A DNA stretch of 58,937 nt, from contig CAZHLF010000001.1 of NCBI GenBank assembly GCA_964532845.1, forward strand, positions 2,109-61,045, read 5' to 3'. The notes beneath the pieces were generated by a model. That model was not told the origin of the DNA. It saw only the letters and a list, made by a program, of their open reading frames with translations, and did no database searches. Each line of letters starts with the position of its first letter. Within the stretch, counting starts at the first letter, position 1. Origin of the DNA: an uncultured Tissierella sp. (GTDB lineage Bacteria > Bacillota > Clostridia > Tissierellales > Tissierellaceae). Both the position numbers and the translations under genes were made by a program. This document shows, piece by piece, positions 28,686 through 38,869 of this stretch.

Positions 28686-29438
28686 ATGAAATTAGTATCT
28701 TGGAATGTTAATGGCATAAGAGCAAGTGTGAATAAGGACTTCATGGCTAAATTTAAGGAAATAGATGCTGATATTTTCTCTATACAGGAAACTAAGTGCC
28801 AGGAAGGGCAAATTGAACTTAATTTAGAAGGGTATCATCAATATTGGAATTATGCTGAGAAAAAAGGTTACTCAGGAACAGCTGTTTTTACAAAGGTAGA
28901 ACCTTTAGAAGTAATAAATGGTATAGGAGTAGAGGAGCATGACAAGGAAGGTAGGGTAATAACCTTAGAATTTGAGGACTACTATCTAGTAAATTGCTAT
29001 ACACCAAATTCTCAACCAGAACTGGCAAGACTTTCATATAGAATGGATTGGGAGGATTCCTTTAGAAGGTATTTAAAGACTCTTGAATTGCAAAAGCCTG
29101 TAATATTATGTGGTGACTTAAATGTTGCACATAATGAAATAGACTTAAAAAACCCAAAGACTAATAGACAAAGTGCAGGTTTTAGCGACCAAGAAAGAGA
29201 AAAAATGACTGAGCTTCTAGGTTCAGGATTTATTGATACATTCAGATATTTCTACCCTGATAAAGAAGGGGCATATACCTGGTGGAGCTACCTTGGTAAG
29301 GCAAGGGAGAGAAATACAGGTTGGAGAATTGATTATTTTGTAGTATCAAATAGTCTGAAGGATAGACTTATAGATGCTTCCATTTTAAGCGAAGTAATGG
29401 GCTCCGACCATTGTCCAGTTGTTTTGGACATTAAGTAA
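28686..29438 (+). CDS. exoA: Exodeoxyribonuclease III / AP endonuclease
   Basis: SWNVNG, QETK, GDLNVAH, WRIDY, SDHCP. Confidence 0.93.
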   Translation: MKLVSWNVNGIRASVNKDFMAKFKEIDADIFSIQETKCQEGQIELNLEGYHQYWNYAEKKGYSGTAVFTKVEPLEVINGIGVEEHDKEGRVITLEFEDYYLVNCYTPNSQPELARLSYRMDWEDSFRRYLKTLELQKPVILCGDLNVAHNEIDLKNPKTNRQSAGFSDQEREKMTELLGSGFIDTFRYFYPDKEGAYTWWSYLGKARERNTGWRIDYFVVSNSLKDRLIDASILSEVMGSDHCPVVLDIK

Positions 29439-29439
29439 T

Positions 29440-30108
29440 ATGAAAGATATACTTTTCAAATTAATTAAAATTACAATAGGATTATTCCTTTTTGCATTAG
29501 GTATAGTAATGACCATCAATGCCAATCTAGGAGTTGCACCATGGGATGTATTTCACCAGGGGTTATCCAGAACTTTTGGAATCACCATGGGTGTAGCTAG
29601 TATAATTGTTGGAGTATTTATTATTACTCTTGATATAGTTCTGGGACAGAGTATAGGTTGGGCATCGGTGATGAACATTTTAATAATAGGCTCTTTTATG
29701 GATATTTTAATGCTCAATAACCTGGTACCTAGATTTGATGGATTCATACCAAATGTTATTATGCTATTACTTGGGATATTAGTAGAAGGATATGGCTGCT
29801 GGATTTATTTATCAGTAGGGCTTGGAGCAGGACCTCGAGATGGTTTGATGGTGGTCCTAACCAAGAAAACAGGTAAATCAGTAAGAATTGTAAAAAGTTT
29901 TGTAGAAGTATTTGCTACATTATTTGGTTATATACTTGGCGGTAGTTTAGGAATAGGAACCCTTATAATGGCCTTATCAGGTGGTCAAATATTTCAATTT
30001 GCTTTTAAAACAGTAGGATTCGATGTGAAGGCAGTAGATCATAGGTTCATTCAGGATGATATTAAATATCTCAAAAAAAGATTTACCAGCAGTGAGGAAG
30101 ATATCTAA
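29440..30108 (+). CDS. YczE/YyaS/YitT-family membrane protein
   Basis: LGVAPWDVFHQG, GAGPRDGLM, GIGT. Confidence 0.85.
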   Translation: MKDILFKLIKITIGLFLFALGIVMTINANLGVAPWDVFHQGLSRTFGITMGVASIIVGVFIITLDIVLGQSIGWASVMNILIIGSFMDILMLNNLVPRFDGFIPNVIMLLLGILVEGYGCWIYLSVGLGAGPRDGLMVVLTKKTGKSVRIVKSFVEVFATLFGYILGGSLGIGTLIMALSGGQIFQFAFKTVGFDVKAVDHRFIQDDIKYLKKRFTSSEEDI

Positions 30109-30118
30109 CCTCAAAAAT

Positions 30119-30140
30119 AAAACCCCTCATAGAGGGGTTT
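30119..30140. terminator. Bidirectional terminator
   Basis: AAACCCCTC-ata-GAGGGGTTT. Confidence 0.7.
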
Positions 30141-30810
30141 ATTCAACTTCAAATACTTGGTTTCTTTCTTTTATTTCCACAATATGTGTGTCTGTTGGAC
30201 TCATTTTGTTGATAAAATTAGGAATTACTTCAAAGTTATCCCCAAAGTGCATCGGGAAGAAGTGTTTTGGATGTAATGTCTTAATGAAGTATTCACCACC
30301 CCGATAATAGTTTTCTTCCAGTCTTGGATCTACAGGGAAGAATGCCAAATCAATATTACTTCCTACAATATTACTTACCTCATTTTTAAAAGCATGCTCC
30401 ATTCTAATCTTCTCATCATCAGTATCATCATCCCAGTACCACCAGTTTAAATCTCCAGCAAAGAATATGGTTTTTCCATCTGCTTTAATCAATAAGGATA
30501 TCCCTAAGTCAGTTGAACCAAAGGAGCGTATCTCCACATCATGAAGTTTTAAAGTTTCATCCTCATCCATTATATAAATATGTTTAGAAGGTTGGATATT
30601 AATATCACCACTTAAAACATATAATACATAGGGATTTTCTTTTGTTAAGTCCAATATCTTTCTGTTAAAGTGGTCCTGATGACCATGAGTTGAAAAAACT
30701 ATGGTTTTCTTATCCTTTAAATCTAGTCTTCCTTTGTAATAATCAAATACAAAGAAGTAGTTTTCTGTTTCTACTGTAAAACCACTATGGTATATATATT
30801 CAATCTTCAT
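30139..30810 (-). CDS. MBL-fold metallo-hydrolase
   Basis: YHSGF, THGHQDH, FAGDLNWW, PMHF. Confidence 0.85.
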   Translation of the reverse strand: MKIEYIYHSGFTVETENYFFVFDYYKGRLDLKDKKTIVFSTHGHQDHFNRKILDLTKENPYVLYVLSGDINIQPSKHIYIMDEDETLKLHDVEIRSFGSTDLGISLLIKADGKTIFFAGDLNWWYWDDDTDDEKIRMEHAFKNEVSNIVGSNIDLAFFPVDPRLEENYYRGGEYFIKTLHPKHFFPMHFGDNFEVIPNFINKMSPTDTHIVEIKERNQVFEVE

Positions 30811-30846
30811 TACATCACTCCTCGTAGTTAATTTTACCCACAAAAC

Positions 30847-30895
30847 TTATAAAACTCTCATATTTATATCATAGAGTGTTCATAAACTCTTCACA
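30847..30895 (+). promoter_or_regulatory. Five TCATA-like pentamers at exact 11-bp spacing (OmpR-family binding array)
   Basis: TTATA 30847, TCATA 30858, 30869, 30880, TCACA 30891. Confidence 0.5.
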
Positions 30896-30922
30896 ATTGG
30901 GTATTAGAATAAAGACATAAAT

Positions 30923-31013
30923 ACAATTGACAGTTCACAATGGACAATTGACGATTAATTAAGAATTAAGAATTAAGAATTAAGAATTCATAATGTATAG
31001 TTCACATTCATTG
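30923..31013. repeat. Degenerate heptamer tandem repeat with core (ATTAAGA)4
   Basis: acaattg acagttc acaatgg acaattg acgatta attaaga x4 attcata atgtata gttcaca. Confidence 0.75.
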
Positions 31014-31032
31014 AAAGAAAGAGGGTAAGTTT

Positions 31033-32391
31033 ATGGACGAAAAAGATCTAAATCAAAACATAAATGAAAACAAGGAACCAGAAATGGCTCAAAACAATGG
31101 CTTTATTCTTATTAACAATGACGAAGAAGAACATAAAGATCAATTAGAATACGAAAAGACTGAATTTGATAGAACAGAGTATGATATGGCAGAGGATTCT
31201 CAAAGATCTGCAGCTGAGAAAGATGTAAGTAATACTATTAATGAAGGAAATATTAACAATGTTCATTCAACTCAGAAAGAGATAAAAAAGAAGAAAAGCT
31301 TTAGGGGCAGTACCCTTTCATATATAGCTATTGCATTGGTTTGTTCTTTATTAGGGGGTTTTGCATCTTATTTTGTTGCACCTAAACTTTTTGCAGGAGC
31401 TGAAACTGCAAGCTCAAAGTATAATGCTCAACCAATTACCATCAACACAAATGATAATATTTCTGCTGTAACAGCGGTAGCAAAGAAAGCTATGAGCTCA
31501 GTAGTTGGAATTACAACGGTTGAGACTCAAACTGTTTGGCCATTTAATACACAAGATGTTAGTGGAGTAGGCTCAGGAGTTATTATAGATTCTAATGGAT
31601 ATATATTGACCAACTCTCATGTTATTGCAGATGGAAACGCTAAGGAGTTAAAGGTATTGTTTGAAAATGGTGAAAAAGTTGATGGGACTGTTCTTTGGAA
31701 TGATGCTGCACTTGATTTAGCCATAGTTAAGGTAAATGTAAATAACCTTCCAGTAGCAGAATTAGGAGATTCTGATGAGCTAGAGATTGGAGAGTTGGCA
31801 GTAGCTATAGGTAATCCTCTAGGACTAGAATTTGAAAGAACTGTAACCTCAGGTATCATTTCAGGTCTTAACAGATCAGTTACTGTAGAAAACAGAGTAG
31901 TTATTGATAATCTTATTCAAACCGATGCATCAATCAATCCTGGAAACAGCGGTGGACCACTTCTTAATGGAAAAGGTCAGGTTATAGGTATAAATACAGC
32001 TAAGGTTTCATCTGGTGAAGGTATGGGTTTTGCTATTCCAATAAATGAAGCTAAAACAATTATTCAGAGAGTTATTGAAACAGGTTCCTTTAAAACCGTA
32101 TTTATGGGTATAAAAGGTATAGCATCTGAAGAATACCAAACTAGATTAGGTATTGAGCTATCAACAAGTAAGGGTATAATCTTGGTTGAAGTTGAAGCAG
32201 GCTCACCAGCTGCAATAGCTGGACTTCAGGCTGGGGATATAATCACAAAGATTGATAACGTAGAAGTAAACGACATGAGTGAACTAAAAGCAGAATTGAT
32301 TAAGTATAAGCAAAATGACAAAGCAAAAATAGAAATAGTAAGAAATACAGAAATAAAGGTTCTTGAAATAGAGTTTACAGTATTTAGGTAA
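31033..32391 (+). CDS. htrA: Second HtrA-family protease with long acidic cytoplasmic N-terminus
   Basis: TNSHV, DLAIVK, NPGNSGGPL, PDZ. Confidence 0.9.
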   Translation: MDEKDLNQNINENKEPEMAQNNGFILINNDEEEHKDQLEYEKTEFDRTEYDMAEDSQRSAAEKDVSNTINEGNINNVHSTQKEIKKKKSFRGSTLSYIAIALVCSLLGGFASYFVAPKLFAGAETASSKYNAQPITINTNDNISAVTAVAKKAMSSVVGITTVETQTVWPFNTQDVSGVGSGVIIDSNGYILTNSHVIADGNAKELKVLFENGEKVDGTVLWNDAALDLAIVKVNVNNLPVAELGDSDELEIGELAVAIGNPLGLEFERTVTSGIISGLNRSVTVENRVVIDNLIQTDASINPGNSGGPLLNGKGQVIGINTAKVSSGEGMGFAIPINEAKTIIQRVIETGSFKTVFMGIKGIASEEYQTRLGIELSTSKGIILVEVEAGSPAAIAGLQAGDIITKIDNVEVNDMSELKAELIKYKQNDKAKIEIVRNTEIKVLEIEFTVFR

Positions 32392-32427
32392 TATCTTTTG
32401 GGTCCCCCACTCAGGAGACTGCCTATC

Positions 32428-32464
32428 AAAAACTGCAGTGTGGATTTTCACACTGCAGTTTTTT
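32428..32464 (+). terminator. Intrinsic terminator
   Basis: AAAAACTGCAGTGTG...CACACTGCAGTTTTT. Confidence 0.75.
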
Positions 32465-32559
32465 GAGGAAATTTTTAAAAATATTCTTTTTTTAAAAGGA
32501 AATTAGAGTAAATATGTGTAATAATACTAGATAGGATTAGTTGATGAAAGGGGATCATT

Positions 32560-33666
32560 ATGATTAATAAGGAAAGACTATTAAGCACTTTTATGGAATA
32601 TGTAAAGATTAGTAGTGAATCTATGAACGAAGGAGATATGTCTAAAAGACTTGTAAAGGATTTAAAGTCACTAGGATTTGATGCCTATGAGGATAATGCA
32701 GGAGAAAAGGTTGGTTCAACAGGAAATAATGTATATGCATTTATACCTGGAGAAATAGAAAAAGAACCACTACTATTTAGTGCTCATATGGACACTGTTA
32801 AGCCTGGTGTTGGAATCATACCAATTATCCAGGATGGGTATGTGAAAAGTCAAGGAAATACAATACTTGGTGGAGATAATAAAGCTGGTGTTACTGCTAT
32901 AATCGAAGCTTTAAAAACTATTAAAGAAAAGAATATAGCTCATCGACCTATTGAGGTTGTGATTACCATAGGTGAAGAGTCTGGACTATTAGGAGCAAAA
33001 TCCTTAGATTATTCTACTATCAAATCTAAGAAGGCTATAGTATTAGATACTGGGGGTAATGTTGGGAAAATAGTAGTACAAGCACCTGGTCAAGCCCAAA
33101 TAAATGCAAAGATTATAGGAAAAGCAGCCCATGCAGGAAACGCTCCTGAAAGTGGAATAAGTGCAATCATAGTAGGGGCTGAGGCTATACAAAACATGAA
33201 GCTGTTAAGAATAGATGAAGAAACTACAGCCAACATTGGTACATTTAAAGCTGAAGGTGCCACAAACATCGTTTCTCCAGAGGTTGTTATAAAGGCTGAG
33301 GCTAGAAGCTTAAACAAGGAGAAGCTAGATGCCCAAGTAGAGCATATGGTCAAAGCCCTAGAAGATTCAGCAAAAAAGTACGGTGCTAAGTTAGAATGCG
33401 ATGTGGAAATAAGTTATTATTCTTTTACAATAGATAAGGATAATGAAATGGTTCGTGAAGTTGAAATGGCATGCGAAAAATTAGGTTACCCAGTCTCAAA
33501 GGTCCCTGCTGGTGGTGGAAGTGATGCGAATATCTATAATGGAAATGGAATATTAGCTATAAATTTAGGAAATGGAACAGAGCTTGTACACACAACTGAT
33601 GAGAGGCTTAATATAGAGGAATTTGAAAAACTAGCTAATTTGGTATTTGAGCTTATGAGGTCATAA
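32560..33666 (+). CDS. M20 family peptidase T-like metallopeptidase
   Basis: SAHMDTV, LGGDNKAG, GEESG, GGSDAN, HTTDE. Confidence 0.9.
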   Translation: MINKERLLSTFMEYVKISSESMNEGDMSKRLVKDLKSLGFDAYEDNAGEKVGSTGNNVYAFIPGEIEKEPLLFSAHMDTVKPGVGIIPIIQDGYVKSQGNTILGGDNKAGVTAIIEALKTIKEKNIAHRPIEVVITIGEESGLLGAKSLDYSTIKSKKAIVLDTGGNVGKIVVQAPGQAQINAKIIGKAAHAGNAPESGISAIIVGAEAIQNMKLLRIDEETTANIGTFKAEGATNIVSPEVVIKAEARSLNKEKLDAQVEHMVKALEDSAKKYGAKLECDVEISYYSFTIDKDNEMVREVEMACEKLGYPVSKVPAGGGSDANIYNGNGILAINLGNGTELVHTTDERLNIEEFEKLANLVFELMRS

Positions 33667-33683
33667 AAATATCCTCCAGCCCT

Positions 33684-33772
33684 TGTCATCTCAAGCGTAG
33701 CCAGGAATCTCCTGTTTACAATGTTTGTAAACAGGAGATTTCTCCATTTGCTATGCTACGGTGGAAATGACA
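33684..33772. repeat. TGTCAT...ATGACA palindromic element (CGTC-tagged REP / RPE-like)
   Basis: TGTCATCTC-AAGCGTAGC...AATCTCCTGTTTACA..TGTAAACAGGAGATT...GGAAATGACA nested stems. Confidence 0.6.
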
Positions 33773-33787
33773 GGAAGGAGGACTTAT

Positions 33788-34966
33788 TTAATTTATAGAA
33801 GACAATACATCTGCTTTAGAGATAATACCTTTTAAAGACTCATCTTCATTGATAACAGCAATGGGATATTTTGCTTCTGCTGCTAAAGTAATAATATCAG
33901 TAAGGAGTGTATCTGGGCTTGTAGTTGGAACTTCCTTTATCATTACATCAGAAATAGTAAGCTTTTCCCTATTTGCACGAATTGCATCATCAATATTGAT
34001 AATACCATGAAATTTCATCTTTTCTCCAACTACATATGCAGAGGAAACTTTGTTGTTTCTCATAGTAGTAATTGCATAAGAGGGATTATCTTTAAGTCTA
34101 ACGATACTATTTGGTGTAGTCATTACGTTTTTAACGCTTATAACTTGTGTTTTGTCTGCACTGTCTATGAAGAGTTTTACATAATCATCTGCGGGATCAG
34201 ATGTCATTTCCTCTGGGGTGGCAACCTGTATTAGTTCTCCATCCTTCATTATTGCAACCTTATCACCAATCTTAAATGCTTCATTGATATCATGTGTTAT
34301 AAATATTATGGTTTTATCCAGTTTTCTTTGAATTGATAAGAGCTCAAACTGCATATCTTTTCTTACTAAAGGGTCAAGTGCAGAAAAAGGCTCATCCATT
34401 AAAAGAATTTCAGGGTCATTGGCAAGGGCCCTTGCAATACCTACCCTTTGCTTCATACCTCCAGAGAGACTTGAGATTGGCTCATTTTCATAACCATCAA
34501 GTCCTACCATAGAGATCATTTCTTTGGCTTTTTTATATCTTTCTTCTTTTGGAACACCCTTTACTTCCAAACCATATTCTACATTTCCTATTACATCTCT
34601 ATGAGACATCAATCCAAAGTTTTGAAAGACCATGGCTATTTTATCTCTTCTATAATCATTTAGTTCTTTATTGTTGAATTTATTAATATCTTTGCCCTGG
34701 AACAATATTTGTCCTTTTGTTGCTTTATTTAAAAGGTTAAAGCATCTAACTAATGTGGACTTTCCTGAACCAGATAAGCCTATAATGACAAAGACTTCAC
34801 CTTTCTTAATGTTTAGATTTATATCCCAAAGAGCTATGGTAGAGCCAGTTTTCTTATAAATAGTGCTTTTATCACTACCATTTTCTTTCATTTTAATAGC
34901 CTTGCTTTTTTCTGAGCCATAGATTTTATATAGATTTCTTACACTTAAAATATTATCATTAGTCAT
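33788..34966 (-). CDS. opuAA: Glycine betaine/proline ABC transporter ATPase with CBS domains (OpuAA/ProV)
   Basis: GLSGSGKST, LSGGMKQRVG, MDEPFSALDP, CBS pair. Confidence 0.9.
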   Translation of the reverse strand: MTNDNILSVRNLYKIYGSEKSKAIKMKENGSDKSTIYKKTGSTIALWDINLNIKKGEVFVIIGLSGSGKSTLVRCFNLLNKATKGQILFQGKDINKFNNKELNDYRRDKIAMVFQNFGLMSHRDVIGNVEYGLEVKGVPKEERYKKAKEMISMVGLDGYENEPISSLSGGMKQRVGIARALANDPEILLMDEPFSALDPLVRKDMQFELLSIQRKLDKTIIFITHDINEAFKIGDKVAIMKDGELIQVATPEEMTSDPADDYVKLFIDSADKTQVISVKNVMTTPNSIVRLKDNPSYAITTMRNNKVSSAYVVGEKMKFHGIINIDDAIRANREKLTISDVMIKEVPTTSPDTLLTDIITLAAEAKYPIAVINEDESLKGIISKADVLSSIN

Positions 34967-36824
34967 TAGCTTTCACCTCACTTCTCTTAACTAATCCCTG
35001 AGTTATTCTATCAAGTATTACAGCAATGATTACTACCGCAGTACCAGAAATTAGTCCTCTTCCCACTTCTACACGATTAACCCCAATTAGTACTTCCATT
35101 CCAAGTCCGGTTGCCCCAATCATGGATGTTGTAACAACCATACTCATTGCCATCATTAGGGTTTGATTTATACCTTGCATTATTGTTGGCAGGGCTTGTG
35201 GGATTTGAACCTTTATCAAGGATTGCAATCTAGTTGAGCCAAAGGCTAAACTTGCCTCTACAACTTCTTCGTCAATTTGTCTGATACCATGGTTAGTAAG
35301 TCTGATTATGGGCACAACTGCATATATGGTTGTTGCTATAACAGCTGGTGCTTTACCTAATCCAAAGAATAATAAAGCAGGAATTAGATATACAAATACT
35401 GGCATAGTCTGCATAGTATCTAGTATTGGTCTAACAATTCTATTTGCTCTATCGCTTGTTGAAAGGAGCACTCCAATTGGAAAACCTATTAAGAGGGAAA
35501 TCAAAACCGCTGCTATAACTATAGATAGTGTTTCATTCATATGGTTCCAGAAACCCACTGCTCCAATAAGAGCTATAAGAGCTGAATAAAATATTCCTCT
35601 TCCAATACTTCCAGCCAATCTCCAGCCTAGTATAAAAACAAGACCTAAATATATAATCCATGGTATGGAGCTTAATATTTTATTAATAAAACCTACTAAA
35701 TTAGTCAATCCATCTCTAATAGCATCAAAGATAGAGGAGTATTTTATACTAAAAGCTCTTACTGCATCATCAATATCTGAAACATTTAAAGGTATTCTAA
35801 AAGGGAAATTAAAAAACCATCCACTATTATCTTTATTTTCATCCCCAGATAGTGTAGCTCTCAATGTACTAGCATCTTCTTCAGTTAACCATTGATCTAT
35901 TAATTCATCATGCTCAGTTAAAAACCACTTGGCCGTTTCTTTATAATCAGCCCCTGTATCTTGCATATAGGCAAGAGCTTCTGAAGTCAATCCGCTAGAT
36001 GTTCTATAATTAGTTAAGAAATCAACCATATCAGCATCTTTTTCATAGAAGTCATTGCTAACTCCAACTGTTACTTCAACAGCAGGAAGGGCGGTTTTAC
36101 CTTCCTTATATGTTGCTTCATCAAAAGGTTCGTCATCCAACAAAACCATATCATACTTACCTAGTAACCATGTGGGTTCCCAATAATATGCAGCAATAGG
36201 TTCACCTTTTTCATAAGCAGCAGTAATGGCTGATGAAAGTGCTGCATCAGAGCCTGGCCTAAAGTAGATGAAATTTTCATCTAAACCATAATGAAGATAT
36301 TTATTGTGCAAAATTGTATCAACTTCCCAACCAGGGATTGCTCCGTACATTCTTCCCATACCTGGATTTTCTGCATCATTAAATACATCGGGATATTTTT
36401 TTAAATCCCACACATATTTTAAATCTGGGGCAATAGGCTCGATTCCTCTTTCAGAATCACCTTCAATAACATATCTAGGTACATAAATACCTTGATAATT
36501 GTCGTCGAAGTTCACACCTAAATCCTTGAACTTACCTGCTTTTAAATCATCTTCATAGGTTGCAATATTAGCTGTCCACACTTCCATATGAACATCAATT
36601 TCTCCCATAAGCAAACCTTCGTGTAAAACTGTAGTTGAGCCTGGAACTTCTCGCCATGAATAGCCATAAACACTTTCTGCAATCAGTCCTGCTACAGCAT
36701 TATGAAACTTTATACTATCCCACCCAGCATCAGCAAAAACTAGCTCTTTATCTGGATTTTGAGCATAAGTAACACTTGAAAAAACCATAAGTACTACTAG
36801 TAATATACTTATAATCCTTTTCAT
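34959..36824 (-). CDS. Fused substrate-binding (N-terminal) plus permease (C-terminal) component of osmoprotectant ABC transporter
   Basis: Signal peptide, WDS, MEVW, YYWEP; C-terminal PILDTMQTMP, RLTNHGI, EAA-loop region. Confidence 0.88.
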   Translation of the reverse strand: MKRIISILLVVLMVFSSVTYAQNPDKELVFADAGWDSIKFHNAVAGLIAESVYGYSWREVPGSTTVLHEGLLMGEIDVHMEVWTANIATYEDDLKAGKFKDLGVNFDDNYQGIYVPRYVIEGDSERGIEPIAPDLKYVWDLKKYPDVFNDAENPGMGRMYGAIPGWEVDTILHNKYLHYGLDENFIYFRPGSDAALSSAITAAYEKGEPIAAYYWEPTWLLGKYDMVLLDDEPFDEATYKEGKTALPAVEVTVGVSNDFYEKDADMVDFLTNYRTSSGLTSEALAYMQDTGADYKETAKWFLTEHDELIDQWLTEEDASTLRATLSGDENKDNSGWFFNFPFRIPLNVSDIDDAVRAFSIKYSSIFDAIRDGLTNLVGFINKILSSIPWIIYLGLVFILGWRLAGSIGRGIFYSALIALIGAVGFWNHMNETLSIVIAAVLISLLIGFPIGVLLSTSDRANRIVRPILDTMQTMPVFVYLIPALLFFGLGKAPAVIATTIYAVVPIIRLTNHGIRQIDEEVVEASLAFGSTRLQSLIKVQIPQALPTIMQGINQTLMMAMSMVVTTSMIGATGLGMEVLIGVNRVEVGRGLISGTAVVIIAVILDRITQGLVKRSEVKAND

Positions 36825-36876
36825 TTTTATCACCTTCCTCTATTAGTAGTATGTGCCACCCCCGAAAAATGAACAT

Positions 36877-36904
36877 AAAAAAGACTATGGAGTTCCATAG
36901 TCCT
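36877..36904 (-). terminator. Riboswitch expression-platform terminator
   Basis: RC GGACTATGGA-ac-TCCATAGTC-TTTTTT in the opu leader. Confidence 0.7.
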
Positions 36905-36927
36905 AAAATAGCACATCGACTCCCTTT

Positions 36928-37035
36928 ATCTGCAAACGAGGTTAGCTGTCGGGTTAGGGTCAAGGGCACCCTTCAAAAATTGATTCACCCCAATAAATTG
37001 GTTCCCCCGCTTCTAAAAAAGAATTAAGCGTAAAG
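36928..37035 (-). ncRNA. c-di-AMP (ydaO/yuaA) riboswitch
   Basis: RC CGCTTAATTC...GCGGGGGAACCA...GGGGTGAATC...CCCTAACCCGACAGCTAACCTCGT; upstream of osmoprotectant transporter. Confidence 0.88.
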
Positions 37036-37105
37036 TTAGTATTTAGTTAAGTTGCAGCTTACATTTGTATGGGGTATTATCCAACTATTGTAAGTTGCTT
37101 TAATT

Positions 37106-37134
37106 AGTATAACACATCTCCATTGAAAATGCAA
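37106..37134 (-). promoter_or_regulatory. sigmaA promoter for opu operon
   Basis: RC TTGCAT-N17-TATACT with upstream TG. Confidence 0.6.
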
Positions 37135-37144
37135 AAAGTGGTTT

Positions 37145-38614
37145 TTAATACTCTTCATTCATTGCTAAGTTTATACCCATAGCTTTTGCAACACCTTCAC
37201 CGTAAGCAGGATCTGCCTTTAAGCAGTTTTCAATATGTCTCATCTTTATAAACTCTGGAACACCTTCCATATTTCTTGCTGTATTTTCGAATAATATTTG
37301 TTGCTGTTCTGGTGTCATTAGTCTAAAGAGTTTTCCTGGTTGAGTATAGTAATCGTCATCATCTACTCTAAAATCATAACGCATTATATCTCCAAGGGCA
37401 GCTTGTTTTGGATCTTCATATTCAGGTTGTTCTTGCCATTGACCAAAGCTATTTGGTTCATAATGTAATTTTGAACCTTGATTTCCATCAACTCTCATTT
37501 GGCCATCCCTGTGATAGCTGTTTACATAATTAGCTCCCTTAGGATAATTTACAGGAATTTGATGGTGGTTTACACCTAGCCTGTATCTTTGAGCATCTCC
37601 ATAGGAGAACAGTCTTCCTTGTAGCATTCTATCAGGTGAAAAGCCAATACCTGGAACCACACTTGCAGGATTAAAGGCAGCTTGCTCAACATCTTGGAAG
37701 TAGTTATCCGGATTTCTGTTTAACTCCAATACTCCAACTTCTATTAATGGAAAGTCCTTTTTATACCAAACTTTAGTTAAATCAAATGGGTTATAAGGTA
37801 TCATATTAGCCTCTTCTTCAGTCATAATCTGCACATACATAGTCCATCTTGGGAAGTCTTTTCTTTCAATTGCCTCATATAGGTCCCTTTGATGACTCTC
37901 TCTGTCATGGGCAACAATTGCAGCTGCTTCTTCATCCGTTAGATTCTTAATTCCCTGATGAGTTGTAAAGTGGAATTTAACCCACACTCTTTCATTTTCT
38001 GCATTTATAAAACTAAAGGCATGGGATGAAAAGCCATGCATATGTCTATATGATTTTGGAATTCCTCTATCACTCATGGTAATAGTAACTTGATGTAACG
38101 CCTCAGGAAGTGAAGACCAGAAGTCCCAGTTATTTGTTGCACTTCTCATATTTGTACGAGGATCTCTTTTTACAGCATGATTAAGGTCAGGAAACTTTAG
38201 AGGGTCTCTAAAGAAGAACACAGGAGTGTTATTTCCAACTAAGTCCCAGTTTCCTTCCTCAGTATAGTATTTCATAGCAAAACCTCTGATGTCTCTCTCG
38301 GCATCAGCTGCTCCTCTTTCACCTGCAACTGTAGAAAAACGTACAAAAACTTCAGTTTCCTTGCCTATTTCGGAGAAAATTTTAGCTTTAGTATATTTAG
38401 TAATATCGTGAGTTACTGTAAACTTTCCAAAGGCGCCTGAGCCTTTAGCATGCATTCTTCTTTCAGGAATAACTTCACGATCGAAATGAGCAAGTTTCTC
38501 TAAAAACCATACATCTTGAAGCATCATTGGCCCTCTAGGACCTGCAGTCATTGAATCTTGATTATTTGGTACCGGTGCACCTGTTACTGTGGTTAACTTC
38601 TTTTTATCGTCCAT
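37145..38614 (-). CDS. katA: Monofunctional heme catalase
   Basis: [37 protein letters not shown]. Confidence 0.97.
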   Translation of the reverse strand: MDDKKKLTTVTGAPVPNNQDSMTAGPRGPMMLQDVWFLEKLAHFDREVIPERRMHAKGSGAFGKFTVTHDITKYTKAKIFSEIGKETEVFVRFSTVAGERGAADAERDIRGFAMKYYTEEGNWDLVGNNTPVFFFRDPLKFPDLNHAVKRDPRTNMRSATNNWDFWSSLPEALHQVTITMSDRGIPKSYRHMHGFSSHAFSFINAENERVWVKFHFTTHQGIKNLTDEEAAAIVAHDRESHQRDLYEAIERKDFPRWTMYVQIMTEEEANMIPYNPFDLTKVWYKKDFPLIEVGVLELNRNPDNYFQDVEQAAFNPASVVPGIGFSPDRMLQGRLFSYGDAQRYRLGVNHHQIPVNYPKGANYVNSYHRDGQMRVDGNQGSKLHYEPNSFGQWQEQPEYEDPKQAALGDIMRYDFRVDDDDYYTQPGKLFRLMTPEQQQILFENTARNMEGVPEFIKMRHIENCLKADPAYGEGVAKAMGINLAMNEEY

Positions 38615-38869
38615 TTTACATCTCCTTTCATATTGATGTGATTAACATCTACCCAATTATAAGAATATTCAAGCATTAAAAATATTAGAAGAAGTTTCAC
38701 AGTAATTAGATTTTCTTAGAAAAACAAAAAATATTTATAAAGGGGATAAGTGGGTATATTAAAAACACTGAGTAGAAACTTAGGTATTGATGGTGATTTT
38801 GATAACTATAGACTTGTTGCATCTTGGAGATTAAGTTGGAGGGGTTTCATTACTTAAAAGGAGAAAGAC

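Noticed and set aside
32470-32484. Possible CodY box before the M20 peptidase
   Set aside because: Four mismatches to AATTTTCWGAAAATT; not distinguishable from background
36748-36969. 73-aa ORF in the opu leader as a possible leader peptide
   Set aside because: Overlaps the riboswitch, its terminator and the true gene start; no RBS
38655-38672. Possible PerR box upstream of catalase
   Set aside because: Only about 10/14 match to TTATAATNATTATAA in AT-rich DNA
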